A stretch of 64,000 nt of DNA. Source: Candidatus Doudnabacteria bacterium RIFCSPHIGHO2_12_FULL_48_16. GTDB taxonomy: Bacteria; Patescibacteriota; Doudnabacteria; UBA920; O2-02-FULL-48-8. This document shows positions 36,904-45,385 of this stretch, in pieces (the first letter of the stretch is position 1; each line of letters starts with the position of its first letter). The translations under genes were made by a program, and so were the position numbers. The notes under the pieces are model-generated. The model worked only from the letters and a program-made list of their open reading frames with translations, had not been told where the DNA came from and did no database searches. The DNA is taken from assembly GCA_001780035.1 (NCBI GenBank), contig MFEY01000007.1, forward strand, positions 331,146 to 395,145, given 5' to 3'.

Positions 36904-36978
36904 GCCTCGGTAGCTCAGTGGTAGAGCGCAGCCCTGAAGAGGCTGGCGTCGTCAGTTCGATTCTGACCCGAGGCACCA
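36904..36978 (+). tRNA. tRNA-Phe (GAA), CCA-encoded
   Basis: Acceptor GCCTCGG/CCGAGGC and anticodon arm CAGCC-CTGAAGA-GGCTG. Extended -10 element TGcTATAAT upstream. Confidence 0.85.
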
Positions 36979-36987
36979 AAATAACGA

Positions 36988-37061
36988 GCAGGTATGGTTT
37001 AATGGTAGAACGCTTCCTTGCCAAGGAAGGGGTGGGGGTTCGATTCCCCCTACCTGCTCCA
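36988..37061 (+). tRNA. tRNA-Gly (GCC), CCA-encoded
   Basis: Acceptor GCAGGTA/TACCTGC and anticodon arm CTTCC-TTGCCAA-GGAAG. Confidence 0.85.
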
Positions 37062-37063
37062 AG

Positions 37064-37096
37064 AAAACACCCGATTATTCGGGTGTTTTCTTTTGA
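37064..37096 (+). terminator. Terminator of the tRNA operon (AACACCCG-attatt-CGGGTGTT + TTTCTTTT)
   Basis: Hairpin with a T-run directly after tRNA-Gly. Confidence 0.6.
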
Positions 37097-37159
37097 AAAG
37101 ATAAATTTAAGGTTACCGGAACGTGGAATAGAATTCTAAATGCAGCAAAAGCTTAAGCT

Positions 37160-37519
37160 CTAGTGTCTATAGTTGGAGTAAATAAGACTAACAATTTTGA
37201 CCAAGTTAATTGCAATTAACCCTGCAAGCAACCAGTAGTCTAAAGCGTGATTAAACAACTGCACCAACACGCCGATTGATAGAATAACGGTTCCAGCGAT
37301 TAATGCTAACCGGTTGGATGTATATCTGTGCTGCATATCTCTTTCATCTATGATCTTACCTTCACCAACCAAAGATATAGCGACCACATAAACCCCTAAT
37401 AATAATGAAACCGAAATTATTTGCTCCATGCTCATTGAATCAGGGGTTCCTTGCACCAAAAATCCTGTAAGTAAAGCTATTAAAATTAACAGTACCAGGT
37501 AATATATAATAATCTTCAT
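37160..37519 (-). CDS. Hypothetical membrane protein (partner of XRE regulator)
   Basis: 119 aa with three or four transmembrane helices. Co-directional, 4 nt downstream of the XRE gene. Confidence 0.45.
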   Translation of the reverse strand: MKIIIYYLVLLILIALLTGFLVQGTPDSMSMEQIISVSLLLGVYVVAISLVGEGKIIDERDMQHRYTSNRLALIAGTVILSIGVLVQLFNHALDYWLLAGLIAINLVKIVSLIYSNYRH

Positions 37520-37523
37520 ATAG

Positions 37524-37721
37524 TTATTTTACGCTAAAAAGTTTTTCTACGGAAACATCAAAAAAACTAGCAAGATTTATAGCCAGTAAAAGCGATGGGG
37601 TATAGTTGCCTTTTTCAATGGCGACTATCGTTTGTCTCGATACTCCCACGGCTTCTGACAATTGCTCTTGGGTCACGTTTTTTTTGATTCTTAATTCTTT
37701 AATATTGTTTTGAATTGTCAT
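37524..37721 (-). CDS. XRE-family (Cro/C1-type) HTH transcriptional regulator
   Basis: 65 aa: LRIKKNVTQEQLSEAVGVSRQTIVAIEKGNYTPSLLLAINLASFFDVSVEKLF. Confidence 0.75.
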   Translation of the reverse strand: MTIQNNIKELRIKKNVTQEQLSEAVGVSRQTIVAIEKGNYTPSLLLAINLASFFDVSVEKLFSVK

Positions 37722-37726
37722 TAATA

Positions 37727-38767
37727 TTATCCGAAGGTGAAGGTAAAGGCTTCAAAACCAGCCCCTTCAATTTGCAACTCTAAAATCCGCTGTTTGGAAT
37801 CCGTACCTTCAACAAGAGTATAAAGGCTGGAATCTTGAATCTTTGTTGTTTTAATTAGCTTGCCATCAATTAATACTTTAACGTTAATTTCACTATCGCC
37901 CTTGGCTACTATATGAACATCTTTGGAATAAAAATTAAGCCTGATTTTGCCCGAAGTGCCGACAAGTTTGACGCCTTCATCATTAAATGACCACTGGCCT
38001 TCCAGAGCAAAATTATTCAAAGGAAGCTCAGAAGGAAAATTATATTGTTGATTCGCTTCTGATGGTTTCTGGTTTTTTGAAAGCAGCTCCAGACGCTTTA
38101 ATCCAAAATATATTTCGGGAGTCTCAACCACTTTCTGGATATTTTCTTCCGCCATCTCATTTTCATCACCAAGTCCAATCAGCTGCTGAATGGCTTGTTC
38201 GGTTTCTTGATATTTTCCTTCGCCAAAATGGGTATAAACAATCTTTCCAGATTGATCTATCAAATAATGTGCTGGCCAGTAGCGATTGCTATAGGCTTGC
38301 CAAGTGCCATAGTCATTATCTTGGGCTACAGGATAATTTATCCCATGTCTTTTCAAAGCGGTTTGAACGTTTGATGTGTCTTTTTCAAACGCAAATTCCG
38401 GCGTATGGACGCCGACGACCACAAAACCTTTGTCTTTATATTTCTCATACCATCCTGTGACATAAGGCAGCGTCCTGATACAGTTGATGCATGAGTATGT
38501 CCAAAAATCGATCAACACAACTTTGCCGCGTAATTGCTGCATGGTTAATGGATCTGAACCTGCCTGACCGGCAGGCAGGTTAAGCCAATTTGCAATACCG
38601 GTAAATTCGGGCGCTACGCCATAATTTTCTAATTTAACATCATCCATGGAATCATTTTTAAATAAGGACAAGCTAGTATCAGACCCATCTTTGGTTCTAT
38701 CCAGATAAAATCCGCCAACAACTAGAAAAATTGCGACTATTAAAATGTAGAGATAAGTTTTTTTCAT
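37727..38767 (-). CDS. TlpA/ResA-like thiol:disulfide oxidoreductase (thioredoxin fold, CxxC) with extra C-terminal domain
   Basis: N-terminal transmembrane segment. KVVLIDFWTYSCINCIRTLPYVTGWYEKYKDKGFVVVGVHTPEF, plus about 150 extra aa at the C-terminus. Confidence 0.7.
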   Translation of the reverse strand: MKKTYLYILIVAIFLVVGGFYLDRTKDGSDTSLSLFKNDSMDDVKLENYGVAPEFTGIANWLNLPAGQAGSDPLTMQQLRGKVVLIDFWTYSCINCIRTLPYVTGWYEKYKDKGFVVVGVHTPEFAFEKDTSNVQTALKRHGINYPVAQDNDYGTWQAYSNRYWPAHYLIDQSGKIVYTHFGEGKYQETEQAIQQLIGLGDENEMAEENIQKVVETPEIYFGLKRLELLSKNQKPSEANQQYNFPSELPLNNFALEGQWSFNDEGVKLVGTSGKIRLNFYSKDVHIVAKGDSEINVKVLIDGKLIKTTKIQDSSLYTLVEGTDSKQRILELQIEGAGFEAFTFTFG

Positions 38768-38769
38768 GT

Positions 38770-39471
38770 CTAGAACTTTGGGTTTAATGCCGGGATAAAT
38801 TCCAAAAGTTTGGCTTGGAGCAAGGTATCATATTGAAAATATATGGCTACAGCCAGAAGTAAAATAATAATACCGAATACCTGCTGTAATCTGTGGGCAT
38901 AGGGTGCAATACCTTTGACTTTAGTAGTCAACGCTTGGCCGCCATAGGCAATGGCCAGCATTGGAAGCCCTGCCCCTACCGCATAGGCAATAAGTAATAT
39001 TCCGGCTCTGGTTATATCCTGCTGCTGTGCGACTAAAGTTAAAATTGAACCAAGAATTGGGCCAGCGCAAGGAGCCCAGACAATTCCAATCACCACTCCG
39101 ATTATGAACCCTCCCAAATTTCCCTTGCCCGCACTTCGGCCGGTTTGACTGGCTTTGTTAATCAACCCAGACAAGTGCATTGTCATCCTCTCAAATGGAG
39201 TCGGCCAGATCATGAACAAGGCAAAAATTGCCAGGACAATAGCCGCGCTATTTCTTAAGGCATTTGGGGACAACCCCAAATTTTGGATTATGAAGTTAAG
39301 GGTCAATCCTAGAACCGCAAAGGTCAGAACAAATCCTAATGTTATAAATATCGGTCGGGTTTTGCTTTGCTGGCCTACGGAACTGCCTAAAATAATCGGC
39401 AACGGCAAAAGAATACAAGGAGCGGCAATAGTTAAAATTCCAGCTAAAATTGCAAGTAATACTTCAATCAT
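38770..39471 (-). CDS. ccdA: Cytochrome c-type biogenesis / disulfide-reductant transporter CcdA (DsbD_2 family)
   Basis: Six transmembrane helices with conserved Cys pairs (IAAPCILLPL...WAPCAGPILGSILTL). Confidence 0.75.
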   Translation of the reverse strand: MIEVLLAILAGILTIAAPCILLPLPIILGSSVGQQSKTRPIFITLGFVLTFAVLGLTLNFIIQNLGLSPNALRNSAAIVLAIFALFMIWPTPFERMTMHLSGLINKASQTGRSAGKGNLGGFIIGVVIGIVWAPCAGPILGSILTLVAQQQDITRAGILLIAYAVGAGLPMLAIAYGGQALTTKVKGIAPYAHRLQQVFGIIILLLAVAIYFQYDTLLQAKLLEFIPALNPKF

Positions 39472-39472
39472 T

Positions 39473-39991
39473 TTATTTTAAATATTTCTTGAGATTATCT
39501 ATGTCGCCACCATTCCATTTGCTGACTTGATTTTCATTATTGTCGATCTGAACGAAAGTGTGCTGATAAGTAACTCCATATTTTTGTTTCAATTCTGTAT
39601 TGGAATCATAATTGGTTTTAAGTACAGTTACACCAGCTGGAATTTCATTGGCGCGGGATATAAATTCAGCATTAGCGGCTTTGCAGAAAGGACACCATGG
39701 AGCGTGGAAAAACAACACGACCTTGTTTCCAGCTTTCTGTTCAGCCTCAACCGTAGCAATAGAATAATCCTTATACGATCCAGCTTTTTGCATCATAGTA
39801 TCGGAATCATCCATCATTTTATCATCTTTCATGATACTCTCGTCAGATTTATCCTCCATCATTGCGTTTTCAGATTTATTATTATTTTGAACTAAAGCCC
39901 AAACTAGCCCAACGCCGATCAATAGAATCACAACAATTGATATTACCAAGGTTTGTGAAAATCCTTTTTGTTTATTCATAAAATTGGACAT
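39473..39991 (-). CDS. Membrane-anchored thioredoxin-like protein (CPFC active site)
   Basis: N-terminal transmembrane segment. ...KVVLFFHAPWCPFCKAANAEF.... Confidence 0.7.
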   Translation of the reverse strand: MSNFMNKQKGFSQTLVISIVVILLIGVGLVWALVQNNNKSENAMMEDKSDESIMKDDKMMDDSDTMMQKAGSYKDYSIATVEAEQKAGNKVVLFFHAPWCPFCKAANAEFISRANEIPAGVTVLKTNYDSNTELKQKYGVTYQHTFVQIDNNENQVSKWNGGDIDNLKKYLK

Positions 39992-40028
39992 TACTTATAT
40001 ATTTTTTAGTTTACGCTTATAACAAATT

Positions 40029-40050
40029 AATGTCAAGTTGACTTGACATT
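40029..40050. promoter_or_regulatory. 22-bp perfect palindrome AATGTCAAGT-tg-ACTTGACATT upstream of the trx-ccdA-tlpA operon (candidate operator)
   Basis: 10-bp inverted-repeat arms with a 2-nt spacer, about 40 nt upstream of the thioredoxin-like gene start. Confidence 0.3.
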
Positions 40051-40113
40051 AAGCAAAAATATTAGAGTCAATATTTATAATTGCGACACGGTCGGGTTTT
40101 TTCTTAGAAGTAT

Positions 40114-40959
40114 TTAGAATTTACGATCGCGACCGACAATGATTTTGAGCGCCTGGGGCAGGACGGAAATCTGCGCCGGGGTGCGGGCTACGATTTTGCC
40201 GTCCACCCGCAGGGGTAGGCCGGCCGGCGTCGTGATTTCCATTTGCCGCACATGGATCAGGGAGCTGCCGGGGATGGCTTCAAAACGGCCGGTGAGAATT
40301 TCGCGACGGTAGCGGAAGGTGCGAAATCGGTTTAGCTTTGGCAACAGCACGACATCGAGCACGCCGTCGGTCGGATTGAACATTTGGGACGATTCCGAGC
40401 CAGTGGCCCGGCTGTTGACCACAATCCCGCCCACGGCGCTGAGCGTGGCGCTAAAGTCATTGTTGTCCGCCGTGAATTTAATCTGAAACGTGGGCATGCC
40501 GAATAAATTTTTCAGGGTTTTGTAGCCCAATCCGCTCAACGGTCCGGCCGGTAGCGCGCCAAAGGTCAGGTTCGACAAAAAAAAGTTACTGTTCACTTGC
40601 GCCAGATCCAGTTCCGCCACGCGGCGCAGGCCGATGGTTTTGGCCGAGTGCTCGATATCGCCCAGCCCCAATATTTCCCCCAGCTCGGTGCGCAGGAGCG
40701 GGATAAAGCCGATAATCACCTCTCGGCCTTTGACCGCGTTGATAACTTCGTGCAAAGTTTCATCCGTGCCGACCGCGACCAGGGTTTTGACCCCGCGCGC
40801 AAGCGCCGTTTCGACCAGCTGGTTGATGGTGCGCAGGCCGGTGACCCGGGCGGTTTCGCCGCTGATCCGATACTCAGACACAGACGAGTACAAAATATTT
40901 TGTACTTGGTCGAAATGCCGTTGTGAAATTTTTTGGGGATCGACGATGTAGTAATACAT
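40114..40959 (-). CDS. Diacylglycerol kinase catalytic-domain lipid kinase (YegS/DgkA-like)
   Basis: 281 aa. DAGK_cat region ...TALARGVKTLVAVGTDETLHEVINAV.... Confidence 0.7.
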   Translation of the reverse strand: MYYYIVDPQKISQRHFDQVQNILYSSVSEYRISGETARVTGLRTINQLVETALARGVKTLVAVGTDETLHEVINAVKGREVIIGFIPLLRTELGEILGLGDIEHSAKTIGLRRVAELDLAQVNSNFFLSNLTFGALPAGPLSGLGYKTLKNLFGMPTFQIKFTADNNDFSATLSAVGGIVVNSRATGSESSQMFNPTDGVLDVVLLPKLNRFRTFRYRREILTGRFEAIPGSSLIHVRQMEITTPAGLPLRVDGKIVARTPAQISVLPQALKIIVGRDRKF

Positions 40960-41027
40960 GGGGAGGAAGAACGAATAATGAATTAGGAATTAGGGGAAAC
41001 GCGGCCGTAATTCATAATTCTTAATTC

Positions 41028-41393
41028 CTAATTCGACTCGGAAGCGTTTATCGGGCTCTTGGGTTCGGCCATCTTACAGGCGCCGGAAAAGTAAGCGCCT
41101 TCGCGTATGCCTAAGGAAGCGCAGCTGACATTGCCGACAATTTTGCCGGTTTCCAAAATTACCAGCGCGCCTTTGACCATGACGTTGCCTTTGACTGCGC
41201 CAGCCACGGTGGCATTGCCCGCAATCAAATCGGCATCAATCTGGGCGTTGGGGCCGATGATCAGATCCTGCGCGGTCTGGACTTTGCCGTTGACGATCCC
41301 GTCGATTTTGATATTGCCGGCGCTTTTGAGTTCCCCCTCGATCCGCATGGAGGAGGAAACAATGGTCTCGGCGAATTCTTGTATCTTGGCCAT
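41028..41393 (-). CDS. Bactofilin (polymer-forming cytoskeletal protein)
   Basis: 121 aa of beta-helical bactofilin repeats: IEGELKSAGNIKIDGIVNGKVQTAQDLIIGPNAQIDADLIAGNATVAGAVKGNV. Confidence 0.75.
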   Translation of the reverse strand: MAKIQEFAETIVSSSMRIEGELKSAGNIKIDGIVNGKVQTAQDLIIGPNAQIDADLIAGNATVAGAVKGNVMVKGALVILETGKIVGNVSCASLGIREGAYFSGACKMAEPKSPINASESN

Positions 41394-41428
41394 TTTAATT
41401 TATAATTTATAATCTAAAATTTATAATT

Positions 41429-41893
41429 CTATTTGGCGTCCTTTATTGCCTGCATTTCTTCTTCCGTCAGCTGGGTTTCGCTGCGGCCGGCCTTAACGGC
41501 CTTGGCATAAACGCGCGTCCCGTCCCGCCCATGGAGCGAGGACATGACAACGCCTTCATCCTTGGCATTCAGGAGCGCGAGCGTAAAACTGATATTGCCA
41601 CCGGCATCGTCAAACGGGTTGAATCGTACAAAGCCGACTTTCTGGATGTTATTCCGGTTACCGGTAAAAATTGTATCCAGGCTTTCGTCAATCTCTTTGA
41701 TTTGCTGGGTAATTTTGCTGATTGAGCGGTTCTGATCGATCAGGATTTGTTCCAGATCTTTTTTGAGGCCGGAAGAGAAAAATTCCCGCCGCATCCGATC
41801 CAGCCGGTGGAGCTTTAACGCCTGCCAAAAGACGATAATCAAAAGAGCTACGCTTAAAATAGTGCTGATTAAAGCTAAATATTGAGAATCCAT
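41429..41893 (-). CDS. DUF4446-like membrane-anchored protein
   Basis: N-terminal transmembrane segment. ...KVGFVRFNPFDDAGGNISFTLALLNAKDEGVVMSSLHGRDGTRVYAKAV... is typical of DUF4446. The start was moved to MDSQYL to clear the tRNA. Confidence 0.5.
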   Translation of the reverse strand: MDSQYLALISTILSVALLIIVFWQALKLHRLDRMRREFFSSGLKKDLEQILIDQNRSISKITQQIKEIDESLDTIFTGNRNNIQKVGFVRFNPFDDAGGNISFTLALLNAKDEGVVMSSLHGRDGTRVYAKAVKAGRSETQLTEEEMQAIKDAK

Positions 41894-41904
41894 AAAAATT
41901 TCCA

Positions 41905-41978
41905 TGGTGGACCCGGGGAGAATCGAACTCCCGCCTCAGCAATGCGAATGCCGCGTAATACCACTTTACTACGGGCCC
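41905..41978 (-). tRNA. tRNA-Ala (CGC), CCA-encoded
   Basis: The reverse complement folds as acceptor GGGCCCG/CGGGTCC (one G-U pair), anticodon arm CGGCA-TTCGCAT-TGCTG and T-arm GGGAG-TTCGATT-CTCCC. Confidence 0.75.
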
Positions 41979-41988
41979 ACGTCAACCT

Positions 41989-42171
41989 TTAAAATTTCAG
42001 TAGGTGAGCAAAGAAGGCATCAACCTGGCCCGTAGCGTGGTTGAAAAAATATAGTCCAATCAATGCGGCGAAAAAAACGACATTGAGTGTGACCACAAAA
42101 ATCAAATCTCGGCGGACTTGGGCGGTTTCTTCTTGCTCGTTGCGGATTAAAACAGGGTTATTTTTTATCAT
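41989..42171 (-). CDS. Hypothetical small membrane protein
   Basis: 60 aa with one transmembrane helix (LIFVVTLNVVFFAALIGLYFF). Confidence 0.3.
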   Translation of the reverse strand: MIKNNPVLIRNEQEETAQVRRDLIFVVTLNVVFFAALIGLYFFNHATGQVDAFFAHLLKF

Positions 42172-42204
42172 AAGTAGCTTGATTATAAAGATAAATTGGT
42201 TTTT

Positions 42205-42432
42205 TTACAAACCGTTGATGGTTTCGTCGATCCGGGTTTGCACGCGCCGCAGCTCGTCGCGGATAAAGCCGCGCTCTTCCCGTTCGTAAATGTTGTCGGC
42301 GGGCACCCGCTCATAGTAGCGGTTAATGATGGCTCTAATTTCGTTGTAGACATCCGAGCGCAGCGTTTCCAGCCGGCCCATGGTTTCATAATGTCGGTCT
42401 TTGGCTTGTTGCTGTTCTTGTTCATCGGCCAT
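42205..42432 (-). CDS. Hypothetical small helical protein
   Basis: 75 aa, charged and helical (MADEQEQQQAKDRHYETMGRLETLRSDVYNEIRAIINRYYERV...). Confidence 0.35.
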   Translation of the reverse strand: MADEQEQQQAKDRHYETMGRLETLRSDVYNEIRAIINRYYERVPADNIYEREERGFIRDELRRVQTRIDETINGL

Positions 42433-42442
42433 ATATTTTGGA

Positions 42443-43192
42443 TTAATTCACTCTTTTCCCTATTTTACCAACTTCCCAGGTAATCTCAAAGAAATTATTT
42501 AAAGTCTGAAACAAATCTTCGGATTCGATAATGATGCCGAAGTTTTCTTTTTTCGTGCCAATGATCGAAACCTTGCGATCATACAAATAAATGGTCATGG
42601 GGAAAATCATTTTTTGCGGCGCGTAGCGCAACTCGCGGAACTCTTTTTGGCTGCTCGGCCAGGTTTCTTCCACCTCTTTGATCTCGGAGCGGATGACCCG
42701 CAGCTTGATCTGGGCCGCAATCCGCTTGGCAACGTATTCGTCCATAAATTGTTTCCCGGGGGTTTTGTATAAGTCCTCCATGGATAGAATGCCGCGTAGC
42801 GTTTTGTTGTTCACGGTCAGAGTGTCTTTGAAAACTTCTTTCATACCCTCGACGCCCTCATAAAATTTAATCCGGGGCCGAAAACCGGCCGAATTAAACA
42901 ACAACTTTAGTTCGGGCAACGCCTCGTCGAGCTTGTGTTCCTGCTCTTTAAGCAACAATTTGAGCTGGATGGGGGGTTCGGCCTCGAAGATCAAGGTCCG
43001 GCCGCGTTGGATTTTCCGGATCAATCCCCGATGGGCCAAGTGTTCCAAGATTTCATTGGCCGTGGTGCGCGGAACCCCGGCTTTATCCGCAATGGTCCGA
43101 ACTTTGGCGCGGCCCAATTCCAAGGCCGCCAGATAAACCTCGGCTTTGGTTTTATGGATTCCTAATTCCCCCAGAACCAGTTTAATATCCAT
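42443..43192 (-). CDS. TrmB-like HTH transcriptional regulator (paralog 4 of 5)
   Basis: KAEVYLAALELGRAKVRTIADKAGVPRTTANEILEHLAHRGLI HTH plus the conserved C-terminal domain. Confidence 0.6.
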   Translation of the reverse strand: MDIKLVLGELGIHKTKAEVYLAALELGRAKVRTIADKAGVPRTTANEILEHLAHRGLIRKIQRGRTLIFEAEPPIQLKLLLKEQEHKLDEALPELKLLFNSAGFRPRIKFYEGVEGMKEVFKDTLTVNNKTLRGILSMEDLYKTPGKQFMDEYVAKRIAAQIKLRVIRSEIKEVEETWPSSQKEFRELRYAPQKMIFPMTIYLYDRKVSIIGTKKENFGIIIESEDLFQTLNNFFEITWEVGKIGKRVN

Positions 43193-43356
43193 TTTGTCGG
43201 AAAATTACGACGACAATAATTAGTTAATTTTGGCTTAGCAAAAGCAAAATTTAAATCTAGATCAATGTGTATATACAACTATTATAGACCAAATATCCAA
43301 ATTCGTCTAAGCTTACCGGTCAACCTTAATTTCGGGTTGATCAGCAGGAGGAAACA

Positions 43357-43551
43357 ATGAAAGCCAGATTTTTCTTCGTCAGATCCGCGACCAGGCCGGA
43401 TCGCCTCAACAAGTTCCTGGCCTCGGTCAAAGTCACCCAGGTTCTTCAGAGTTCGGCCGCGCATACCAATTTCAATTTGGCGTCCGCGGTAATTCCCAAC
43501 CCCTTGGACATGTTGACTCAGATCACGGTTCTTTACGAACCAAAGGAGTAG
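43357..43551 (+). CDS. Hypothetical small protein with S4-like RNA-binding motif (RPDRLNKFLA)
   Basis: 64 aa with an AGGAGG Shine-Dalgarno 7 nt upstream. It is the first gene of a compact three-ORF module. Confidence 0.4.
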   Translation: MKARFFFVRSATRPDRLNKFLASVKVTQVLQSSAAHTNFNLASAVIPNPLDMLTQITVLYEPKE

Positions 43552-43553
43552 TT

Positions 43554-43682
43554 GTGCAGAACAAGCAAATTGCGGCGAGAGTGCGGCGTGAACTGCGGAT
43601 CTGGTGGCTGCAGCAGTCCATTGAGGACTTGTTGTCCGGCCGCCGCCCGGTCAGCTTCCAGAAGTTCCTGGGAGGTGCGTAA
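43554..43682 (+). CDS. Hypothetical 42-aa protein (GTG start), translationally coupled
   Basis: AAGGAG Shine-Dalgarno 6 nt before the GTG. Its stop overlaps the next ATG (TAATG). Confidence 0.25.
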   Translation: MQNKQIAARVRRELRIWWLQQSIEDLLSGRRPVSFQKFLGGA

Positions 43683-44008
43683 TGGATCCCGGAATTACGC
43701 AGGCATTGCTCAGGCGGCATTTGCGCCTGAACGTTCCGCAGCAGCAGGTCAGCTATCACATCGAAGAGCAGATCCGAAATACTGCCGCTGACATTCCGGT
43801 GATGATTTTTACCGATGGCATCTTGATCCGTGTTGATAAGGCCGACCACCAGATCCGCGAAGCGAGGGTTTCGTTCCAGAGCCTGATTGAGGCCCTGGTG
43901 AAGGACGGCGCGGCGGTTAAGCAGCACGCCAAGTTTCACGGGATGGAGATCGACGAGATCTGCCACATCGTCATCGACGGCGAGGAGGTGCAGCTCTGGC
44001 TCACCTGA
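43682..44008 (+). CDS. Hypothetical 108-aa protein
   Basis: GGAGGTG Shine-Dalgarno. MDPGITQALLRRHLRLNVPQQQVSYHIEEQIRN.... It is followed by a strong terminator. Confidence 0.45.
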   Translation: MDPGITQALLRRHLRLNVPQQQVSYHIEEQIRNTAADIPVMIFTDGILIRVDKADHQIREARVSFQSLIEALVKDGAAVKQHAKFHGMEIDEICHIVIDGEEVQLWLT

Positions 44009-44020
44009 ACACAAAACTAA

Positions 44021-44075
44021 ACCGGCTGATAGCTTTGACGAACGTCATAGCAATCAGCCGGTCGTTTATTTTTGC
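44021..44075. terminator. Bidirectional terminator (ACCGGCTGAT ... ATCAGCCGGT with inner hairpin, + TTTATTTTTG)
   Basis: 10-bp outer stem enclosing TGACG-aa-CGTCA. Confidence 0.6.
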
Positions 44076-45385
44076 AAAATCTTTTTGAGTTCTTCTCTGG
44101 CCACAGTCCGGTCATCCCACGGGATATAACCGCCCCGGACTGCCATTTTTTGTTCCGCGCCTTTGCCGGTGATCAGAATTAAATCATTGGCTTGCGCCAG
44201 GGCGAAAGCTTTGGCCATGGCTGCGCGCCGGTCCGGAATTTTATATAAATTTTGATTGAGGAGTTTGCCCTGTGCCATGCTGCCTGCCGCCATCTCATCC
44301 ATAATTGTTTGCGGGTCGTCGTCATACGGATCGTCGGTCGTCAGAATCACCACGTTCGCATTTTCTGCCGCGAGTCTTCCCAGCACCGGCCGGCGCGCCT
44401 GATCGCGGCCCCCGCCGGTTGACCCGAGGATTTGAATAATATTTTTTTCGCTCCAATTTTTGATTGTGGCGTAAACTTGCTTCAGGGCTGCGGGTTCGTA
44501 GGCATAGTCAACCAGGACTTGGAATGCCTGGCCCTCATCAACGAGCTCCATCCGGCCCGGGACATTGGGAATTTTTTCCAAGGCGTGCCTGGCCAGGCTC
44601 AGATCAATCCCTAAGCGCGAGGTTATGGCAATCGCAGCTAGGGCATTGTAAAGATCAAAAATTCCTTTTAAATTCAGGCTAAAATCCACGTCGGCCACGC
44701 GGAACGCCACTCCCCGTTCGCTGGCTTTCAAATCCATGCCGCGGATGTTGGCGACTTCTGCTTGGCCGTAAGTTATTTTTTGATCCACGCTGAAGTTCAA
44801 AAATTCCGCGGCCGCACGATCGTCAATGTTAGCCGCAATTATTTTGGGCACGCGCTGCTTGGCGATCGTCTTGTGCGGCAGATTTTGCAAAGTTTCAAAA
44901 TACTTTAATTTTGATTGTTTGTAATTTTTAAATCCCCCGTGCGCTTCCAGATGCTCCGGCGTTAAGTTAGTAAAGACCAGGCAATCATAATGAAGGCCAA
45001 CCTGGCGGTGCTGCAGGATTCCTTCTGAGGACGATTCAATCACAGCAAAGCCGGCGCCGTTTCGCACTCCCTGCGCCAGCAGGCGCTGCAGGAAGAATCG
45101 TCCCGGCATGGTCATCTTTAGATTATTGAGCCATTCGTTTTTGCCGTCGCTGAAACTGACGGTCGACGAGACCACGACTTTGTGCCGGGCCTCGCGTAAA
45201 ATTTCCGCGATCAAATTAACGGTCGTAGATTTGCCGTTGGTGCCAGTCACTCCGATCACGATCAGATTTTCCGACGGCCGGCCATAAATAAAATTGGCTA
45301 AGTGAGCCAGCATTAAATGATACCAGCCAAGCAAGAATTTCGGAATAAATTTTTTAATAAAGTTTTTCAATTTATAATTTATCAT
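44066..45385 (-). CDS. Mur ligase family protein (MurE-like UDP-N-acetylmuramoyl-tripeptide synthetase)
   Basis: 439 aa with the Mur ligase P-loop IGVTGTNGKSTT and the central and C-terminal Mur ligase domains. Confidence 0.6.
   Translation of the reverse strand: MINYKLKNFIKKFIPKFLLGWYHLMLAHLANFIYGRPSENLIVIGVTGTNGKSTTVNLIAEILREARHKVVVSSTVSFSDGKNEWLNNLKMTMPGRFFLQRLLAQGVRNGAGFAVIESSSEGILQHRQVGLHYDCLVFTNLTPEHLEAHGGFKNYKQSKLKYFETLQNLPHKTIAKQRVPKIIAANIDDRAAAEFLNFSVDQKITYGQAEVANIRGMDLKASERGVAFRVADVDFSLNLKGIFDLYNALAAIAITSRLGIDLSLARHALEKIPNVPGRMELVDEGQAFQVLVDYAYEPAALKQVYATIKNWSEKNIIQILGSTGGGRDQARRPVLGRLAAENANVVILTTDDPYDDDPQTIMDEMAAGSMAQGKLLNQNLYKIPDRRAAMAKAFALAQANDLILITGKGAEQKMAVRGGYIPWDDRTVAREELKKILQK

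Noticed and set aside
36918-37139. 73-aa plus-strand ORF from the six-frame track
   Set aside because: It lies entirely across tRNA-Phe and tRNA-Gly and their terminator. It is an artefact of an open frame through the tRNA genes.
43523-44014. 163-aa minus-strand ORF
   Set aside because: It is a shadow ORF antisense to the SD-bearing small-gene module. It has no start context and is Arg-rich with unusual composition.
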